A stretch of 54,997 nt of DNA from Tegillarca granosa. Its lineage: Eukaryota. The stretch spans positions 16,256,058 through 16,311,054 of the forward strand of contig CM056596.1 of the NCBI GenBank assembly GCA_029721355.1. Reading direction: 5' to 3'. The notes under the pieces are model-generated. The model made no database searches. It had not been told where the DNA came from and was given only the letters and a program-made list of their open reading frames with translations. Below, in pieces: positions 49,391-54,997 of this stretch; within the stretch, counting starts at the first letter, position 1; each line of letters opens with the position of its first letter. Made by a program: the position numbers and the translations under genes.

Positions 49391-49819
49391 ATAAAATGCT
49401 TTATTGAGTTAATTGGCTATTAGAGTTTTTGCTGTTTGCCACATTCTTCTTTTGGCATCTTTCCATTATTGTAAGTGTTCTACCAACTTAACTACCCACA
49501 CCGCTATAGTTAAAAGACTTCTACGAGTGTACCCGGTGATTCCTGGTAATTCTATGAGTTATTTCTAGTTTTATGTGAATTTCTCTTCAATTAATGTAAT
49601 CTTATTAAAGAAGTTTGATGGTACATGTATTGTTTAAGTTATTTGCTTTTAATCATAATAATATGTATTATACAGTAATTTTTTTATTATTACAGATTGC
49701 CACAATTAGTCACTTATGGGTGTGCAGATTTAAAGCATGAATATATAAAAAGTTTTAAACAAATTTTAAGTTAAAAGACCAGTTGTCACTATTCTAAGCA
49801 AAAACAAGAGAATTTCACC

Positions 49820-49925
49820 ATGTCATCACCAGAAGTTGAACGCTTTGAGGTAACCGAAGATGACTTGATGAATGAGTTTTACCCAAGGGCAGGACGCCGT
49901 CAGACTAAAAATCAGGCCATTTATG
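49820..49925 (+). CDS. TFIP11: TFIP11/STIP-like exon 1: MSSPEVERFEVTEDDLMNEFYPRAGRRQTKNQAIY(G)
   Basis: Matches TFIP11 [29 protein letters not shown]. Donor is GTGAGT. Confidence 0.75.
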
Positions 49926-50464
49926 GTGAGTATTAACTTTGGATACAGTGATTATACTGAGTAGTTAATGCATAATGTATGTTACAAATTTGTTGAATTT
50001 GTTAATTCAGTAACCAGAGGGTTTCATCAAGTTTAGAAGGTAGTCCAAAAGTTGTTAACCAGTTGGAATAAAAGCAACTGCCAAACACACAAAGAAAAAA
50101 AAAAAAAGCAAAACAAAACAAAACATAAGGTCATTAGTCAGCTACCAGCTTTTATTGACATCCCTGGTAACATGCATCATGTTAAAGTGTTCCTTGTTGT
50201 GTTGAAAAATATAGATTTTTGCTGGAAACTACAGTTTGTATCAACAGTAAATATTAACCTTTAGTGTGATTGTCTATTTTTTTTCAAAAACAGATTCAGA
50301 TATTCTTCAATAAAAATTTAATGCCGTAAAAATTTGTCTGAAAAAAATGAGAAAATCTTGATAATTCAAAGGCTAAAAAAAAGCTGTTGTGTTGAAAGTT
50401 ATAGATTTCAGTTAATTGTCAAATATTTGTTTTTTTTACAAATGTAGTTAATTTACTTATTCAG

Positions 50465-50625
50465 GAATGTGGGCAGATGACAGTGATGATGAGCGACCTG
50501 GATTTAGCAGATCTCGTAAAAAAGATATGGTGGGCATGCCTGTAAATTTTGTAAGTGGTGGATTTAAGCAAGGAGATAAAATCACTAAAGATGGAGATAA
50601 AAGTGATGAAGATCAAGGAGATAGT
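50465..50625 (+). CDS. TFIP11: TFIP11-like exon 2: GMWADDSDDERPGFSRSRKKDMVGMPVNFVSGGFKQGDKITKDGDKSDEDQGDS
   Basis: Matches TFIP11 [36 protein letters not shown]. Acceptor is TTCAG and donor is GTAAGC. Confidence 0.75.
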
Positions 50626-51503
50626 GTAAGCTGTTTTTCATTTATATATTTTTGAAAATTTATCCAGGGTTTTAATCCTTGTTCTCAATGGTCATTGTGA
50701 GAGAAAACAGGAGAACTGAAAGAGAAAGACATATGTTCTTTATTTATCCTTCAGCCTCTTTGGAATTGAATCCTAGCTATTTATCGATTGGTGGCAATTT
50801 TTCTCAACAACAAATAAAATGTTAAAATTATCATATTTCTTGCAAATTCAGTACTGTAAAACAGAGATTCACTGTCACTGTTTATCCAGTCAGATTTAGC
50901 TTTTGGCTATATATACAGATGATAAGGTTTATCAGTATAAGGAATAACCATGGTTTAAAGCTTTAACAATTTGAATGGGGTTCATATTCTCTGAAATGTT
51001 CTTTTTACTGGAAATAAAATCAGCACCAGTTCTTTTAATTCTTTAACATGAACAAGCTGGCAAAAAAGTATCCATGCCTACATGTCCAAGGTTGTTATAA
51101 GAGAGTCAATTTCTTTCAAGTGTTTGAAATTCATGGGTTCAGAGTTATGCCTTAACTTGCATGTGTAACACAAGAAAGCATTTGTGCCCTGCCAAAATTA
51201 ACTTGCCAGTTAAATACAGAAATTCAAAATTATGTTGCAATAAATGATGTTAAAAAGTAATGAAGGGGCTTTTAATGATTATAGTAAGGTTTTACTATTT
51301 TTGTATATTTTTCAGGAACTTCCATTTGATCTAATTGCAACTGTGAAAACTATACTCTGACTTTTTAAAAGTCGGCATTCTGTTTCAATTTTTCAAGGAT
51401 CAAAACAGTTCCAAAGGTCAAATTAAAGCCCAGTTGAAAAACATCAATGACTATATATGTAGGTTGTCTTCCAATTATGTAAAAGCTTTGTTTATTTCTG
51501 TAG

Positions 51504-51592
51504 AGTTCAGATTCTGATTCTGCACCTGCACCAGTCAGATCAAGAGGAAAAATGCCACAGAAGTTCAGGGGTTCAAAGTTTAATCAAGATAA
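51504..51592 (+). CDS. TFIP11: TFIP11-like exon 3: SSDSDSAPAPVRSRGKMPQKFRGSKFNQD(K)
   Basis: Serine/lysine-rich linker, as in TFIP11 ([20 protein letters not shown]). Canonical splice sites and consistent phase. Confidence 0.6.
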
Positions 51593-52192
51593 GTAAGTAA
51601 ATTACTTCTTCTAAACAGTTATTTTAGTTTTTTGTAAGTGTTATATTTGTATATTTGCAAGCATCTGTATATGTAATAGTAAATGTATTTTTTTATTATC
51701 ATATTTTCAAAACTTGAAAGTATCAACCCTATGCATGTTGCCTTTAACAAACATAAGGCATATAGAAAAACAAGTGATTGAGTAGTTAAATCAGTGAATT
51801 CAAGATTCAAGCGCTATGGGTCCCAGCTAAACTATGCTTTGTGTTACATATAGCCCTGTGCAAGACATTTAATTCAAAATTTTGCTCCTGTTTTGATGAA
51901 TGCAGATGTAAACAGACACGTGCAAATAATGATAGCCTTGATAAAAACTGGCATCCTATCCTAGTTTGGAAATTCTTATATTGTTAGTCACATCACTGGG
52001 ATAAACCACAGTCTTAGAAACCTGTATATAAACTAGGTGAGACTTTAAAGAAAAAGCATATTGTACCCTAACTTTAACCATTGAGTGGAATTACTAGAAT
52101 ATTATAGTTTAGTATTAGATACATGTTGTTTATAGTCTATTATTCTTATTTGTACTAATTTTGCTAATTATATACTTGTTTATTTGTTATAG

Positions 52193-52250
52193 GGAATTTG
52201 GAGGATGGGAGAAATACACTAAAGGAATTGGACAGAAACTACTACAAAAG
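52193..52250 (+). CDS. TFIP11: TFIP11-like exon 4: (K)EFGGWEKYTKGIGQKLLQK
   Basis: Matches TFIP11 DFGSWERHTKGIGQKLLQK, the start of the G-patch. Donor is GTAATA. Confidence 0.8.
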
Positions 52251-52790
52251 GTAATAATGAACAGCAGTACATATTAATGGATCACATTTAGAAGTCATAT
52301 GATTCTTTCTCTATTTTTGCAGAGTAAAAGAATTTAATGTTTTCCTATAATCTACTTCAATCTATATTGATGAACTTCTTTCAAAATAAATAGCTTTTCA
52401 CAACTACATGTAGTAGAAACAATAGCTGCTCGTAAACATAGAAGATCACTTTGTTTTGCATCATATTTTTTTTTTTATTTATCTTGCATTAAGATATCAT
52501 CTAGTATGAAAAAATTGAAAATTCCAGAGTTTGAGTTTAGACATGAATGCAAATTGTTTAAAAATAGTAATTCCTAAACAGTAATTGCTGACACAACCAA
52601 GCAATTTATAACTATTTGATAAGAAATTTATTTATGCAAAATTACTTTTAGTCCTTTCATTTAGTATGATGACTTTGCTCTAAACTAATCAGGATATACA
52701 AAATAAGTTTAGATTGGTGAATTAATTTGTAGTGATTTTCAGCCATTAGTTTATATCCTAACATTTATAATCATATAAAAATTATTTCAG

Positions 52791-53006
52791 ATGGGTTTTG
52801 AACATGGGAAAGGTTTAGGTAAAACAAACCAAGGTATTACCACTCCTGTAGAAGCTGTCAAACGGAAAGCAGGTCGAGCCGCTGTGGGAGCTTATGGTTC
52901 AGAAAGATCACAAAGATCTTTACAGGATTATCCTGTGTATGACTCAGAAGAAGAAGAAGACAAGAAATTTAAAGAGCAACTACAGCAGTGGAAAAAACAG
53001 CCAGAG
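52791..53006 (+). CDS. TFIP11: TFIP11-like exon 5 (G-patch): [72 protein letters not shown]
   Basis: Matches TFIP11 [68 protein letters not shown]. It is 216 nt in phase 0. Confidence 0.85.
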
Positions 53007-53852
53007 GTATTAAATGATAAAAAAAGGAATCTATTCTTTAGACATCTTTGTATGGAAAGCAAGATTTTAAAGGTGGTAGTTTTCAGATATGACCATACTC
53101 ATTGTTACTTGCTTTTTGTTTGTTTAGCTCTATACTCAAAGATAACAAAAGGCTGATTTATCTTTTTCATTTCCAAGAACTTTGATGTACAGTTGAACCT
53201 TGTTATAATGCCTCCATTTCACTTATGGGAACATCATGCTGACATCCCAAATTCTGTTTCTTGTATGTTATTCTTTAAAGTCATCTCCAGTTTATCTCTT
53301 GAATAATGTTCTTGATATACTATTCAGGCTGATCTAAGTGAGATAAAGTTGGTAATTTTTGGATTATTATAGTTCACTTTAGCAAAGACTGCTACGGTTT
53401 ACTATCTGCCATTTGTCATCTGTCTTTAAGCATTGTACATTTTTATTTTTGTACCTACAAATAGAAATATTCTCTCTGGTAACATGTAAGAGCTAAACCA
53501 GATATTAAAGATGAACATACTTAGACAAGTAGTATTTAATTTACAAGAAATCCTGGCACTTGAATCCAAAATTGGAATCCTCATTAAATAATGTAGAAAA
53601 AAAACCATCTCCAATGAGCATAAACTGACTAGACCTAAAGTGTTTTAGATATAGCATCTTGATGGCAAAGTTTTTTGGTTGTGAGACCCCAAAATGGGAA
53701 ACAATAGCATCCTTTATAGATTATTCAAGAATTCTCTCTGATTAGCAAACAATACCAAGATACACATGTAAGACCTTTAAGTCTAGATCTGCTTATATTG
53801 AACATGTGTTCAAGTTAGTGTTAAGGTCCATGTGCTTCTTGTTCTATTTCAG

Positions 53853-53997
53853 GCAAGTAAAAAAGCTAAAGGACCAAAGTATGTATATAAGTCTGCACAA
53901 GAAGTTATTGATTCTGGTGGGAAAAAGCAAAAACCAAGTCAAATGTCAAAGGTGAAGGTCATTGATATGACTGGTAAAGAAAAGAGAGTACTGACAG
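53853..53997 (+). CDS. TFIP11: TFIP11-like exon 6: ASKKAKGPKYVYKSAQEVIDSGGKKQKPSQMSKVKVIDMTGKEKRVLT(G)
   Basis: Matches TFIP11 [24 protein letters not shown]...QVKVIDMTGREQKVYYSY. Donor is GTAATT. Confidence 0.75.
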
Positions 53998-54785
53998 GTA
54001 ATTTTGTATATGTATATGTGGAGCATTTCTTTATCACTTAATTATCAATTTAATTAGTAAAGTCTTTTCTAAGCCTTTAGACCCATCTGGCTGAAAATTG
54101 TCACATATTCTATTACATGACACATCTTTTTAGTATAGGACTTCTTTTTGGACAAAAATCTATTGTAAAATAATTCAAGTAATTGTACGCCACTGGTACC
54201 CAATTTATTTATGAGCCAGTTAGATTCAAGTAATATTATGTCTTGCTCAAGAACAATGGTCAGTGTTTTTTTTTTCGAGTAGATTCTTTTCTTCAGCTAT
54301 TTCAAGACTGATCAGATCACCTTAGTTTAAATGAAACAATCAAGAATTTGTTATAAAATATACTATTGTATTCAAATCCATGATTAAAACAAACAACATT
54401 CCTGCTGTGTTTAAATTTAAAGCTGACTCCAGTAGATTTTCGCGTTATATTTGGGTTTCTGTAATTTAGAGAGATATGTCTCACATTTTAACATGATTAA
54501 ATGAGAATTATACTGCACTAACAGCAAGTTTTTCTTGCAAGACATGACAAAATATACATTTAAGCTAGATGCTTTAACAACAGAACCTGTTTACCTTGTC
54601 CCATGATGCTGTGTGCTTTTCTTACAACCCCCTTTTTAAAGTGCAAAATTTAATAAATTGTTTACAAGGTTCCCTAAATTATTTCCAAATCTCTTTTAGC
54701 TAAACAAATGGTGTTAATAAGATGCTTTTATATTTATACATTATGTATCTGTACATTGTCACCCATTAATTTTATTTCTGTCAAG

Positions 54786-54948
54786 GTTACCATGCCATTT
54801 CACATCGCCATGAGCAACCTGATGAAGAGGAAGAAATAATTACACCACAAGTAAAAGAAAAACGAGCATTTGAAATGCCAGAACTGACACATAATCTTAA
54901 CATTCTGGTAGATATGGCTGAAGAAGATATCATACAAAATGACAGAAA
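54786..54948 (+). CDS. TFIP11: TFIP11-like exon 7 (3' boundary uncertain): GYHAISHRHEQPDEEEEIITPQVKEKRAFEMPELTHNLNILVDMAEEDIIQNDRK
   Basis: Matches TFIP11 SQISHKHNVPDDG...[26 protein letters not shown]. The gene continues beyond the window. Confidence 0.7.
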
Positions 54949-54997
54949 GTAGGTCATTACATAGAGGTTTATTACCCAAAGAAAGTTTAAAATTTTA

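Larger units (their letters stand above)
48282..49819. promoter_or_regulatory. Putative bidirectional promoter and shared 5' region between the divergently transcribed MVP (-) and TFIP11-like (+) genes
   Basis: The first coding exons of the two genes are head-to-head and about 1.5 kb apart. The interval contains a (CT)n microsatellite (48808-48883) and two tRNA-like SINE heads (49010-49390). No TATA or Inr motif was confidently placed. Confidence 0.45.

Noticed and set aside
1-54997. Prokaryotic or phage interpretation (operons, defence islands, CRISPR)
   Set aside because: There are multi-exon genes with GT-AG introns that are collinear with animal MVP and TFIP11, plus microsatellites and SINEs. 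The ORF density is far below bacterial expectation.

Overview
This is eukaryotic nuclear DNA, not prokaryotic: it is AT-rich, has spliced genes with GT-AG introns, microsatellites, tRNA-derived SINE-like repeats, and no operon structure. By protein similarity it is most likely an invertebrate, probably a bivalve mollusc; that call is an inference. Two conserved genes sit head-to-head. (1) A complete major vault protein (MVP) gene lies on the minus strand, with 25 coding exons from 25273 to 48281 (about 855 aa). It was reconstructed exon by exon, with canonical splice sites and consistent phases throughout. (2) The 5' part of a TFIP11/STIP-like G-patch splicing factor gene lies on the plus strand, 7 coding exons from 49820 to the window end. 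About 1.5 kb between them looks like a shared bidirectional promoter containing a (CT)n microsatellite. The left half (1-25000) is gene-poor and rich in repeats. It holds an intronless ORF with a C-terminal MYND zinc finger (7394-8455) and a Tc1-like transposase fragment (8553-8860). That fragment is interrupted by a 2.5-kb element with ~545-bp perfect inverted repeats, hairpin termini and an internal tyrosine-recombinase-like remnant. There is also a frameshifted ORF pair (14467-15419) of unknown function. Three non-autonomous, Helentron-like elements share termini but carry different internal tandem-satellite arrays; one lies in this half and two lie in MVP intron 1 and in the upstream region. 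MVP introns carry several minisatellites (30-bp, 18-bp and 42-bp units) and foldback/MITE-like elements. Exon coordinates were worked out by hand and may be off by a few bp.
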